Shown here one piece after another: positions 1 through 8,260 of a DNA stretch of 32,000 bases. This DNA is from Pseudothioglobus sp. nBUS_23 (GTDB lineage: Bacteria; Pseudomonadota; Gammaproteobacteria; PS1; Pseudothioglobaceae): positions 1,500,001-1,532,000 of the forward strand of contig NZ_CP179200.1 of NCBI RefSeq assembly GCF_051201565.1, given 5' to 3'. The position numbers and the translations under genes are program-made. The notes below the pieces were generated by a model, which was not told where the DNA came from, did not search any database, and worked only from the letters and a program-made list of their open reading frames with translations. Every line of letters begins with the position of its first letter. The first letter of the stretch is position 1.

Positions 1-612
1 AGCCCTCTCAAGAAGTGCGCCAAAAAGAACAAACAAGAAAACCATGCTTGCCGAGACTCCAACGGCAATTCCAAATGCTCCTTCTGTTGTAATCCACATG
101 TGGGATACAATTTTATTTAAAGAGGCGCCCCCATAACCTCCAGCTCCAAGGAACGCATAGGTCAAAGCAATAATTGCTACAACCATTAACGGAGGACCTA
201 ATGATCTTCTAGTGGCTTCTAAGAGAAGAAGAAGTCCTATAACACTCAAAAATAAATCAGCAGAGTTTGGAACGCCCAAACGCATTTCAAAAGCTCTAGA
301 ATCCCAAACCTGGTTATAAACCAAATACAAACAAGATGCGACTATGAGAAACCCCATAATCCAATCAGTCCATGGAATGACGACTCTAGATGACCTTTTA
401 AGAGCTGGATAAGTCAGAAAAGCTAGAAAGCCTGCAAAAGAGACATGAACTCTCTTGACTACATCTGCATTCATCCATGGTGTTATTTCAAGAACTAGAG
501 GCGATGAGACGTAAAGCTGGAAGACTGACCAAGCCAAAGCAACATAGATCAATATGTTTTTAACTAGTGCACTTTTTGGGTTTCTGTTTCCCGTTTCTAG
601 ATCAACTTCCAT
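1..612 (-). CDS. TRAP transporter fused permease (TAXI-type), N-terminal 204 codons only; gene continues beyond the left window edge
   Basis: Absent from the ORF track because no stop lies in the window. Minus-strand ATG at 610-612 opens MEVDLETGNRNPKSALVKNILIYVALAWSVFQLYVSSPLVLEITPWMNADVVKRVHVSFAGFLAFLTYPALKRS...GIAVGVSASMVFLFVLFGALLERA, which I hand-translated as open to position 1 (612 nt = 204 codons). Multi-TM hydrophobic protein directly downstream of the TAXI receptor gene. Confidence 0.8.
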   Translation of the reverse strand, partial: MEVDLETGNRNPKSALVKNILIYVALAWSVFQLYVSSPLVLEITPWMNADVVKRVHVSFAGFLAFLTYPALKRSSRVVIPWTDWIMGFLIVASCLYLVYNQVWDSRAFEMRLGVPNSADLFLSVIGLLLLLEATRRSLGPPLMVVAIIALTYAFLGAGGYGGASLNKIVSHMWITTEGAFGIAVGVSASMVFLFVLFGALLERA

Positions 613-625
613 AAGGATATTGTAT

Positions 626-656
626 AAAAAAAAAGGATGGCAACGCCATCCTTTTT
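626..656 (-). terminator. Intrinsic-terminator-like hairpin plus T-tract between the TRAP receptor and permease genes (intra-operon attenuator or mRNA stabiliser)
   Basis: Plus strand AAAAAGGATGGC-AAC-GCCATCCTTTTT (arms 630-641 / 645-656, loop 642-644). On the minus-strand transcript the stem is followed by the U-run from A626-A634. It sits 16 nt after the receptor stop (672) and 14 nt before the permease ATG (612). Confidence 0.6.
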
Positions 657-671
657 CTTGTTAATTGAATC

Positions 672-1673
672 TTACCACTTCATTAGACCAACTTCTTTGT
701 AATATCTTGCAGCACCATCATGAAGAGGCGCAGACAAACCATCAGAAATCATTTCTTCTTTCTTCAGATTAGCAAACGCAGGGTGTAGCTTTTTAAAGCT
801 ATCAAAGTTGTCAAAAACGCCCTTAACAATGCTGTGAATTACATGCTCAGAAGTCGCAGTTGAAGAGACAACTGTTGCGCCAACACCGAATGTGACAGTG
901 TCATCAGGATTTCCATTGTACATGCCGCCTGGAATAGTGGCTGTTCGATAGAAGTCATTATTAGCGACTAGTCCATCAACCGCAGCACCAGTCACATTCA
1001 CTAAAACGCTGTCGCATGAAGTTGTAGCCTCTTTGATTGATCCTGAAGGGTGTCCAACTGTAAAGACCATCGCATCAATCTTATTGTCGCAAAGTGCTTT
1101 TGACTGCTCAGATGACTTAAGTTCAGAAGCAAGAGCAAAGGTTGATTTATCCCAACCAAGTGCATCCATTAAGACTTCCATAGTTCCTCTTTGACCAGAG
1201 CCTGGGTTGCCTATATTGACTCTCTTACCTTTTAGATCTTCAAGATTGCGAATGCCTGAATCAGCTCTTGCTACAACCGTGAAGGGCTCAGGGTGAACAG
1301 AAAATACAGCTCTCAAATCTGTAAATGCACCTGCATCAGCAAACTTACTCGTTCCATTATAAGCATGGTACTGCCAGTCTGACTGTGCAACACCTAAATC
1401 TAGCTCTCCAGCACGAATAGTATTGATGTTATAGACTGAGCCACCTGTAGATTCAACTGTACAGCGAACAAGGTGTGTCGCCTTGTCCTTATTGACTAGT
1501 CTACAAATTGATCCACCCGTCGGGTAGTAGACTCCTGTTACGCCTCCAGTACCAATTGTGACAAATGTCTCAACAGGTTTAACAACATCGCCAGCTATTA
1601 CCGGAGTTGCAACCGTTATACTACTCAATACAGCAGCGGCAAGTGCGCCACTCAAAAAATTAATTTTTTTCAT
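672..1673 (-). CDS. TRAP transporter solute receptor, TAXI family (periplasmic substrate-binding protein)
   Basis: 333 aa with signal peptide [28 protein letters not shown]. The mature N-terminus [23 protein letters not shown] is typical of TAXI (TIGR02122-like) receptors. Followed by a fused permease gene. Confidence 0.85.
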   Translation of the reverse strand: MKKINFLSGALAAAVLSSITVATPVIAGDVVKPVETFVTIGTGGVTGVYYPTGGSICRLVNKDKATHLVRCTVESTGGSVYNINTIRAGELDLGVAQSDWQYHAYNGTSKFADAGAFTDLRAVFSVHPEPFTVVARADSGIRNLEDLKGKRVNIGNPGSGQRGTMEVLMDALGWDKSTFALASELKSSEQSKALCDNKIDAMVFTVGHPSGSIKEATTSCDSVLVNVTGAAVDGLVANNDFYRTATIPGGMYNGNPDDTVTFGVGATVVSSTATSEHVIHSIVKGVFDNFDSFKKLHPAFANLKKEEMISDGLSAPLHDGAARYYKEVGLMKW

Positions 1674-1761
1674 TTCATCTCCTTTATTTTATTAGACAAA
1701 AAATTTAAGTCCAAATTAGTTATACCATATTTAATACAATTGTTTCAATATTTCTAAGTAT

Positions 1762-1777
1762 AAAACACAAGTGTTTT
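1762..1777. promoter_or_regulatory. Candidate operator: 7-bp inverted repeat AAAACAC-AA-GTGTTTT in the divergent TRAP/RpiR promoter region
   Basis: Perfect 7-bp arms with a 2-bp spacer, located in the 152-bp intergenic region 1674-1825, 49 bp upstream of the RpiR-family start codon. Confidence 0.25.
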
Positions 1778-1825
1778 CATCTTGTTCAAGTTTATTTAAC
1801 TAGATTTATAGTAGAATATTCTTCT

Positions 1826-2707
1826 ATGGATTCAAATAACTATTCAACCACTGAAATCAATCAAAAACTATCAAATGGATACGTTGGTTTTTCTAAAGAA
1901 GTCAAAAAAGCAGCCAAATATGTAATGGATAATCCTGCAGAGATTCCTTTACATTCAATACGAACTGTTGCTTCAAACGCAGACGTTAATCCATCAACTA
2001 TGGTCCGTCTTATAACTATACTAGGGTTCAAACGTTATGATGAGTTTAAGACGATTTACAAAAAAGCTGCGTCACAAATGCCAGTTTCCAACTTTACATC
2101 TCATGCAAAAGATCTTCTGAGTGAAAAACATAAGAATCCTTTTTCTGATGCAGAAGCAAATGTATATAAGTCTCTATCTGGAGCCTTCAATGAGAAGACT
2201 TATAAAGCCATTGACTCTTCAGTTGATAAATTAATGAAAGCAGAAACTGTATACATTCTTGGAATGAGAAGTAGCTTCTCTATGGCATTTTATCTGCATT
2301 ATCTTTTGCATTTTATTCTGCCAAAAACAAAATTGATTCGTGGTCAAGAAGGAATGCTGCTTAGTGAAATTTCTCAAATAAATGCAAATGATGTTGTGAT
2401 TGTTTTTGGAGCATCACCCTTGTCACTTGAAACAACAAAGGCATTAGACAAAATCAAAAAGAGGGAGGCTTTCATCATTGTGGCAACTGATATGTACACC
2501 TCTCAAGCTGCATCGAATGCAGATATCATAGTCGCACTTGGTAATGAGACTCTTAATTTCCTTCCCAGCATTCTGCCATATGCAGCATTCTCAGAAATTC
2601 TCGTTTCACAGATTATGACGAAAGGTGGCAAAAAAATGCTAGCCCGAATCAAAAAATTTGAAGACGAGCTTTCTGAAATGGGCGCATACATTCGACCTAG
2701 TCAATAA
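1826..2707 (+). CDS. MurR/RpiR-family transcriptional regulator (N-terminal HTH_6, C-terminal SIS domain)
   Basis: 293 aa. The HTH_6-like N-terminus is FSKEVKKAAKYVMDNPAEIPLHSIRTVASNADVNPSTMVRLITILGFKRYDEFK. SIS-like elements are VYILGMRSSFSMAFYL...DVVIVFGASPLSLETTKALDKIKKREAFIIVATD. Divergent from the TRAP operon. Confidence 0.85.
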   Translation: MDSNNYSTTEINQKLSNGYVGFSKEVKKAAKYVMDNPAEIPLHSIRTVASNADVNPSTMVRLITILGFKRYDEFKTIYKKAASQMPVSNFTSHAKDLLSEKHKNPFSDAEANVYKSLSGAFNEKTYKAIDSSVDKLMKAETVYILGMRSSFSMAFYLHYLLHFILPKTKLIRGQEGMLLSEISQINANDVVIVFGASPLSLETTKALDKIKKREAFIIVATDMYTSQAASNADIIVALGNETLNFLPSILPYAAFSEILVSQIMTKGGKKMLARIKKFEDELSEMGAYIRPSQ

Positions 2708-2729
2708 TTATAAGTAATGAATCATTCCA

Positions 2730-3419
2730 TTATTTAAAGAGGCTTTGCTCAATTTCCTCCCAATCATCAAAATGGAGAACTTGACATGGCGAATTAACAT
2801 TTTCAAGCCAAGCAAATACGGATATAAAAGGTTGTTCATAAACTCGAGCAGCATGTCGCTCTCTAGGTGCGTTCCAAATAAATGAACCAGCTGGATAGTC
2901 TTTCCATTCTCCAAATTCAAATCGCCAACCTGATTTATCTGAAAGGTTAAGATATAACTCTGGTGCATCATGCTTATGATCACGATAGAGTGTTCGTGGT
3001 CCAAGCATAAAGACGCCCAGGAGAAAGTCATCACTTTGATATCCACAAGAGTTAGGGCCAATTAACAGAGTATGGAGGTTGCAATTTTTGTAACCTGGCC
3101 CCAGATTTGCCCCAGGTTGATAATATTGTGAATTATCTTCTAACCAAACAAGGTCGTCCTTTGCTGCATAAAGGCAACTTGCAATCTCATTAAGCTGTTG
3201 GGCATTTATTTCAGAAATTGCTTTATTCAAAACCCGCTCATGTCTAGTTCCTTTTGGTTTAATATCAACAAGTTGTTGATCAGATAAGTCAATTTTTTCT
3301 AATTTTCTCAATGTCATTTCAACTCCTGACATATCTGCTCGATGCTTATCAAGATAACTAATAATGGATTTAATTAGGGCTTTGATTCTAATCTGTCTAT
3401 CTGTCATTATTTGTTTCAT
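2730..3419 (-). CDS. Cupin-fold metalloprotein, DddL-like (candidate dimethylsulfoniopropionate lyase); last gene of the beta-oxidation operon
   Basis: 229 aa. C-terminal cupin motifs are LYRDHKHDAPELYLNLS (H-x-H-x3-E) and PAGSFIWNAPRERHAARV (distal His), after a roughly 120-aa helical N-terminal part. Size and architecture match my recollection of the DddL / Pfam DMSP_lyase family. The family assignment was not verified by search. Start overlaps the upstream ORF stop by 23 nt (11 nt if Met5 at 3407 is used). Confidence 0.55.
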   Translation of the reverse strand: MKQIMTDRQIRIKALIKSIISYLDKHRADMSGVEMTLRKLEKIDLSDQQLVDIKPKGTRHERVLNKAISEINAQQLNEIASCLYAAKDDLVWLEDNSQYYQPGANLGPGYKNCNLHTLLIGPNSCGYQSDDFLLGVFMLGPRTLYRDHKHDAPELYLNLSDKSGWRFEFGEWKDYPAGSFIWNAPRERHAARVYEQPFISVFAWLENVNSPCQVLHFDDWEEIEQSLFK

Positions 3420-4982
3420 TAAGAGTTAAAACATATTTGCGCATCACCTTTTTATCAATCTTACCAACACTTGTTTTGGGGAGTTGCTCGACAAAAAAAA
3501 TGTTATCGGGAATTGCCCATTTAGATATTTCTCCTAATTCAAAATGTTCTCGAAATTTTCTCATTAAATCTTTTCTAACAAGATCTGGATTTGCATTATT
3601 CAAAAGTTTTACAACTAAAACGGCTCTTTCACCCCACTTTTCATTAGGGATACCAATAGCTGCGACTTCTTCAATGCTTGAAAATGACGATGCAATATTT
3701 TCAAGTGTAAGCGATGAAATCCATTCACCACCAGTTTTGATAACATCTTTGAGGCGATCAGTAACTTGCAATGATCCATTTTCACGAATATATCCAACAT
3801 CCCCAGTATGTAGATAACTATTTCTCCAAAGATCTTTAGATGCCTTTGGGTTGTCCATATATCCATTAGTCAGCCAGGGGCCTTTACAACAATTTCACCT
3901 GTTGTTAATCCATCATGAGGAACATCTTGCATATTTGGAGATACAACACGCAGGTCCACCAGTGGGCCTGGAAAGCCAGTTTGGGATTGAGCATCTGGAT
4001 CAGTACTAGATAAATCTGCAACTGTTAAAAATGGGCATGTTTCTGACATGCCATAAGCAGCATGCAATCTTATGCCAAATTTAGAAGCACGACTCTGCAA
4101 ACTCTTTGATAGGGCAGATCCTCCAATTATTACTTTCCATCGACTCAAATTTACTTTTTTGCTATTCGGATGATCTAATAACATTGATAAAACAGTAGGA
4201 ACACAATGTGAAAATGTCACTGCTTCAGAATCGATTAGTTGCAATATTGTCTCAGGGTCGTAACGATTAGGATAAACCTGACGAAGTCCCAACATTGTAG
4301 CAGCATATGGAAAGCCCCATCCATGAACATGGAATAAGGGTGTGAGTGGCATATAGACATCATCACGATGTAATCCAGAGTCTCCTGAAAATGAACCAAA
4401 CCCAGCTAATAAGCCTAATGTGTGAAGAACTAACTGACGATGTGAATAAGTGACTCCTTTTGGATCACCTGTTGTGCCAGTTGTATAAAACAATGTCGCA
4501 GTTCTGTTTTCATCAAATTCTGGAAAATTAAAACTAGTTGATGAGCTGCTTATCCAATCTTCATACTTTTCACCATGACCAATCGGGATGATTATTATTT
4601 CGCGCTCAAATTCTAACTTAAGTTCTTCAATTAGGGGCATAAAGTCCTGATGAACAATTATTAGATCAGGCTGGGCATGATTAATCGTATAAAGAACTTG
4701 CTTAGGTGATAAACGTACATTGATTGTATGCAAAACTGCCCCCATCATGGGTACAGCAAAAAAATACTCAAGATAGCGGTGAGTATCCCAATCCATAACG
4801 CCAACGCGCATTTTTTCAGAAATACCCATAGCAGTTAGAGAATTGGCAAGCCTTCCAAGACGTCCAGTGAACTCCTGATAATTTAGCCTTACATTTGGAT
4901 TACTTACAATTTCTTGCGAAAAAGACATAACGCTAGATTTTGTGAGAATTTGCTTAATTAAAAGGGGATACTCAGAATCCAT
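3397..4982 (-). pseudogene. Acyl-CoA synthetase (AMP-forming fatty-acid--CoA ligase family) split into 370-aa and 153-aa ORFs by a 1-nt frameshift; either a pseudogene or a homopolymer sequencing error
   Basis: N-terminal ORF 3870-4982 carries the AMP-binding motif LFYTTGTTGDPKGVTYSHRQ and ends ..GEIVVKAPG*. C-terminal ORF 3397-3858 carries LHTGDVGYIRENGSLQVTDRLKDVIKTGGEWISS and PKTSVGKIDKK. The -1 frame across 3858-3882 reads WLTNGYMDNPKAS, which joins the two halves seamlessly. Confidence 0.75.
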
Positions 4983-5026
4983 ATTCGTTATAGATACTCA
5001 AACTATAAGTCAGAAAACCAAATCTA

Positions 5027-6673
5027 TTAGTTTTCTTTCAGCTCTCTTCTTAGAACTTTTCCAACATTAGTTTTTGGAATCTCTTTGATAAATTCTATAT
5101 GCTTTGGAACTTTATAAGCAGTTAACTTTTCCCTACAAAAACTTATAATTTCATCCTCAGTTACAGTTTGCTCATCATGAAGGACAACAAAAACTTTTAC
5201 GAGCTCTTGAGAACCTTCACCCTCTATTCCGACACACCCACATTCAAGAACAGAAGGGTGTTCATTTACAACCGCTTCAACTTCATTTGGAAAAACGTTA
5301 AAACCTGAGACAATAATCATGTCCTTCTTTCGATCAACAATAAAAATATTACCTGTTTCATCAATTCGAGCAATATCACCGGTCATAAACCAGTTATTCT
5401 CATCAAGACCAGTGACTTCAGACTTCCAATAACCACTCATAACCTGTGGTCCTCTGACACAAAGCTCTCCAACAGCATTCGTTTCTGAAAGTGCTTTACC
5501 GTCTTCATCCCTAATTTCAATTTCAGTATAAGCTGCAGGCAGACCTACGGAGCCTGTAAATTCAGTTTGCTTGTAGTCATTCACACTAACCAGTGGTGAT
5601 GTTTCAGTGAGTCCATATGCCTGCCAGATTACTGATTTAGTAAGTGCTGCCCATCTTTTTGCAGTTGTGTCAAGGGCTGCCATACCGCCACTTAAGGACA
5701 TTAGTAAGTTACTAAAATCTAACTCTTTAAAGCCATCATAATTCAATAGTGCTTCATACAGCGTATTCACACCAGAGATCATATGAAACTTATGTTTCTT
5801 CATAATTGAAACGAAAGTCTTTAAGTCCCTAGGATTAGTAATGAGTACACTTCTTCCACCAATATGGAACAGCATGAAGTTATGAACAGTTAGAGCAAAG
5901 ATATGATACAAAGGTAATGGACAGATGGCTATTCTCTGTTCTTTTCTTGAGTCATCATACATTTTAGGGTCGATTGTAAAGAAAGCTTGGATGATGTTAG
6001 CAAGAATATTTCGGTGAGTTAGGATCGCGCCTTTTGAAACGCCTGTAGTTCCCCCGGTATACTGAAGGAAGGCTGTGCTCTCTATAGGAATATCTATGGA
6101 TGCAGCCTTTGAACCTTCATTCTCCTTCAAAACCTCAAGGAACATTTTGGCACCATCAATTTGGTACTTGGGCACTAACTTTTTGACTTTTCTAGTAACC
6201 AAATTAATAATCTTTCCCTTAAAGCCGAGAAGGTCTCCAACAGTTGTTACTAAAACTTTTTCCACACTCGCTAGGTCAGACTTAGCGGCGACATTAGCAA
6301 CGCCCTCCCAAACCAATAATAATTTTGCTTCACTATCTCTAAGGACATGTTCAAGTTCTCTTTGAGTATAGAGGGGGTTAATGTTCACTACGACGATACC
6401 TGCCTTCAATGCTCCATAAACTATGACAGGGTATACCAGCATGTTAGGCATCATGACAGCAACTCTATCACCAACTTCAAAGTTACTACTAAGCCAAGAG
6501 GCGAATGAATCAACCTGAGCCGATAAGTCGTTGTAGGACATCTCAACCCCAAAACTTTCAAACGCTATTTTTTCTTGATGCTCATTACAGCAGTTATCAA
6601 AAAACTCTACCAGGTTGCCATGTTCTTTAAAAAAATCTGTCTCTTCAAGTTTATTGGGTATGTTTAATGCCAT
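5027..6673 (-). CDS. fadD: Long-chain-fatty-acid--CoA ligase (FadD-type)
   Basis: 548 aa. Contains FLQYTGGTTGVSKGAILTHRN (AMP-binding P-loop), YGLTETSP, TGDIARIDETGNIFIVDRKKDMIIVSGFNVFPNEVE, and C-terminal PKTNVGKVLRREL. Confidence 0.9.
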   Translation of the reverse strand: MALNIPNKLEETDFFKEHGNLVEFFDNCCNEHQEKIAFESFGVEMSYNDLSAQVDSFASWLSSNFEVGDRVAVMMPNMLVYPVIVYGALKAGIVVVNINPLYTQRELEHVLRDSEAKLLLVWEGVANVAAKSDLASVEKVLVTTVGDLLGFKGKIINLVTRKVKKLVPKYQIDGAKMFLEVLKENEGSKAASIDIPIESTAFLQYTGGTTGVSKGAILTHRNILANIIQAFFTIDPKMYDDSRKEQRIAICPLPLYHIFALTVHNFMLFHIGGRSVLITNPRDLKTFVSIMKKHKFHMISGVNTLYEALLNYDGFKELDFSNLLMSLSGGMAALDTTAKRWAALTKSVIWQAYGLTETSPLVSVNDYKQTEFTGSVGLPAAYTEIEIRDEDGKALSETNAVGELCVRGPQVMSGYWKSEVTGLDENNWFMTGDIARIDETGNIFIVDRKKDMIIVSGFNVFPNEVEAVVNEHPSVLECGCVGIEGEGSQELVKVFVVLHDEQTVTEDEIISFCREKLTAYKVPKHIEFIKEIPKTNVGKVLRRELKEN

Positions 6674-6692
6674 TAGACTTCCTCAGTTATCG

Positions 6693-7262
6693 TTAGTTAT
6701 CCTTAACTTTGCCTATTAAAATTTCCTTATATTCATTATAAACCTCTCCGTCCTTTTTAAAAGCAAAACATGAGTTAGCGAATTTCTTTTCTATTGATTT
6801 TGCCTCCTCTAAAGTGATACTTTCGGACTCGCCGCCTGTTTTTTCTTTCCATAGTGTTTGATATGCAATAGTTCCAGCATAGGCCAGAAGGTCAGTAATA
6901 TGCCTGCAGCCCTTTTCTCCTCCTAAAGCCTTTATAACCTTTCTATTGAACCCAGTAACGACGTATTCACCCTTAAGTTTTTGGCAATTTTTAACCGCTT
7001 GTGGGCAAATATTATAGGGAGAGGCATTGATTTCTGCCTCTATATCGATAATTTGTCTTTTATCATCTAGAGTCAGTCTGAGCGCCATATCATGAAGAGG
7101 CTCGCCTGCACTGATATATTCTCGATGCATGTTATTAAAAGAATAAGTCTTACTATCAATCAGAAAAACTTCTATATCCCACAATCCATCTTCTCTTTTA
7201 TAGCCTTTGCCTTCAATCGTTCTATTATGTTTTAAATCTCTTCTGGCCGGCTTCGATAGCAT
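6693..7262 (-). CDS. DUF2889-family protein (function unknown)
   Basis: 189 aa. The pattern ..LHDMALRLTLDDKRQIIDIEAEINASPYNICPQAV...LGGEKGCRHITDLL.. matches my recollection of DUF2889 (conserved G-C-x-H-[LI] box). Not verified by HMM. Confidence 0.55.
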   Translation of the reverse strand: MLSKPARRDLKHNRTIEGKGYKREDGLWDIEVFLIDSKTYSFNNMHREYISAGEPLHDMALRLTLDDKRQIIDIEAEINASPYNICPQAVKNCQKLKGEYVVTGFNRKVIKALGGEKGCRHITDLLAYAGTIAYQTLWKEKTGGESESITLEEAKSIEKKFANSCFAFKKDGEVYNEYKEILIGKVKDN

Positions 7263-7272
7263 AGTGTGATCC

Positions 7273-8253
7273 TTATGAAATTCGATTTTTAGATTCTTTA
7301 TATTGCTGCTCTAATTCTAACACCAAATCCTCAACACTCGGCACATTGGAAATAGAGCCAACACCTTGCCCAGCAGAAAAAATATCCTTCCATCTCTTTG
7401 CTGAAGCCTTACTGACATCAAAATCTACCTTAAGTTTTTGCTTGATGAATGGCATTATCATTTTCTTAAAATTAGAGATTGTTGATTGAATACCTCCAGC
7501 ATTTGGATTAATACCAGCATTATTCAAGGATTGCTCAAGCCAGTTGCCATTGACTCCAGTAATCTTATTTGACTTAATAATATCATTAGCGGATGCATTT
7601 AAGATCATCTGCTTGTAGTCTTCAGTCGCATCGCTCTCTTCGGTTGCAATAAAGCGAGTACCCATATAGGCCATATCTGCGCTTAATGCTTTTATAGCCA
7701 GAACTGCATCACCAGAACTGATACTTCCGCCAACTATAATTGTTCCATCAAATATACTTCTCACTTCAGATATAAAGGCGAATGGGGAAAGGTCTCCAGT
7801 ATGGCCACCCGCACCATTACAAACAAGGATAAGTCCGTCTACTCCAGCGCTAATTGCTTTTTTTGAGTGATACAAATTAATGACATCTGAATAGACTAGG
7901 CCGCCATATTCATGAACTTTACTTACAACCTCTTTAGGGTTCCCAAGAGAGGTAATCACTATGGGCGGCTTATGCTTAAGAATTAACTCTATATCATCAT
8001 TACTCCTGGCATACATTTTACTTACGATGATGTTTACCGCCCAAGGCAGGGCATCTTTACCGGAGCCTAATGCTTGTGTTATTTCTGTGAATTCTTGATC
8101 TAAAGCCTCTAAAGTTCGACAGTTAGCAGTCGGAAAGGACCCAACAATCCCTGCCTTAGAAGATGCTATCACAAGCCTAGCATTCGAGACAATAAACATA
8201 GGTGACTGAATAATTGGCAGTCTGAGTTGGTCGATGTAGTTTTGATTAGTCAT
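7273..8253 (-). CDS. Nitronate monooxygenase (NMO / 2-nitropropane dioxygenase) family FMN enzyme; FabK / NADH:quinone-reductase-like
   Basis: Contains LPIIQSPMFIVSN..., GVDGLILVCNGAGGHTG, and GGSISSGDAVLAIKALSADMAYMGTRFIATEES. The ORF track starts at 8304, which overlaps the thiolase by 44 nt. I prefer Met18 (ATG at 8251-8253, MTNQNYIDQLRLPII), 7 nt after the thiolase stop. Confidence 0.8.
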   Translation of the reverse strand: MTNQNYIDQLRLPIIQSPMFIVSNARLVIASSKAGIVGSFPTANCRTLEALDQEFTEITQALGSGKDALPWAVNIIVSKMYARSNDDIELILKHKPPIVITSLGNPKEVVSKVHEYGGLVYSDVINLYHSKKAISAGVDGLILVCNGAGGHTGDLSPFAFISEVRSIFDGTIIVGGSISSGDAVLAIKALSADMAYMGTRFIATEESDATEDYKQMILNASANDIIKSNKITGVNGNWLEQSLNNAGINPNAGGIQSTISNFKKMIMPFIKQKLKVDFDVSKASAKRWKDIFSAGQGVGSISNVPSVEDLVLELEQQYKESKNRIS

Positions 8254-8260
8254 AAATGGT

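Noticed and set aside
2708-3061. 117-aa minus-strand ORF overlapping the 3' half of the cupin gene in another frame
   Set aside because: The alternative frame (2730-3419) encodes a complete cupin with intact metal-ligand motifs. The 117-aa product has low-complexity, motif-free sequence.
3437-3866. 126-aa plus-strand and 83-aa minus-strand ORFs within the C-terminal part of the split synthetase
   Set aside because: Both overlap the frame that carries conserved adenylate-forming-enzyme motifs. Neither has recognisable features.
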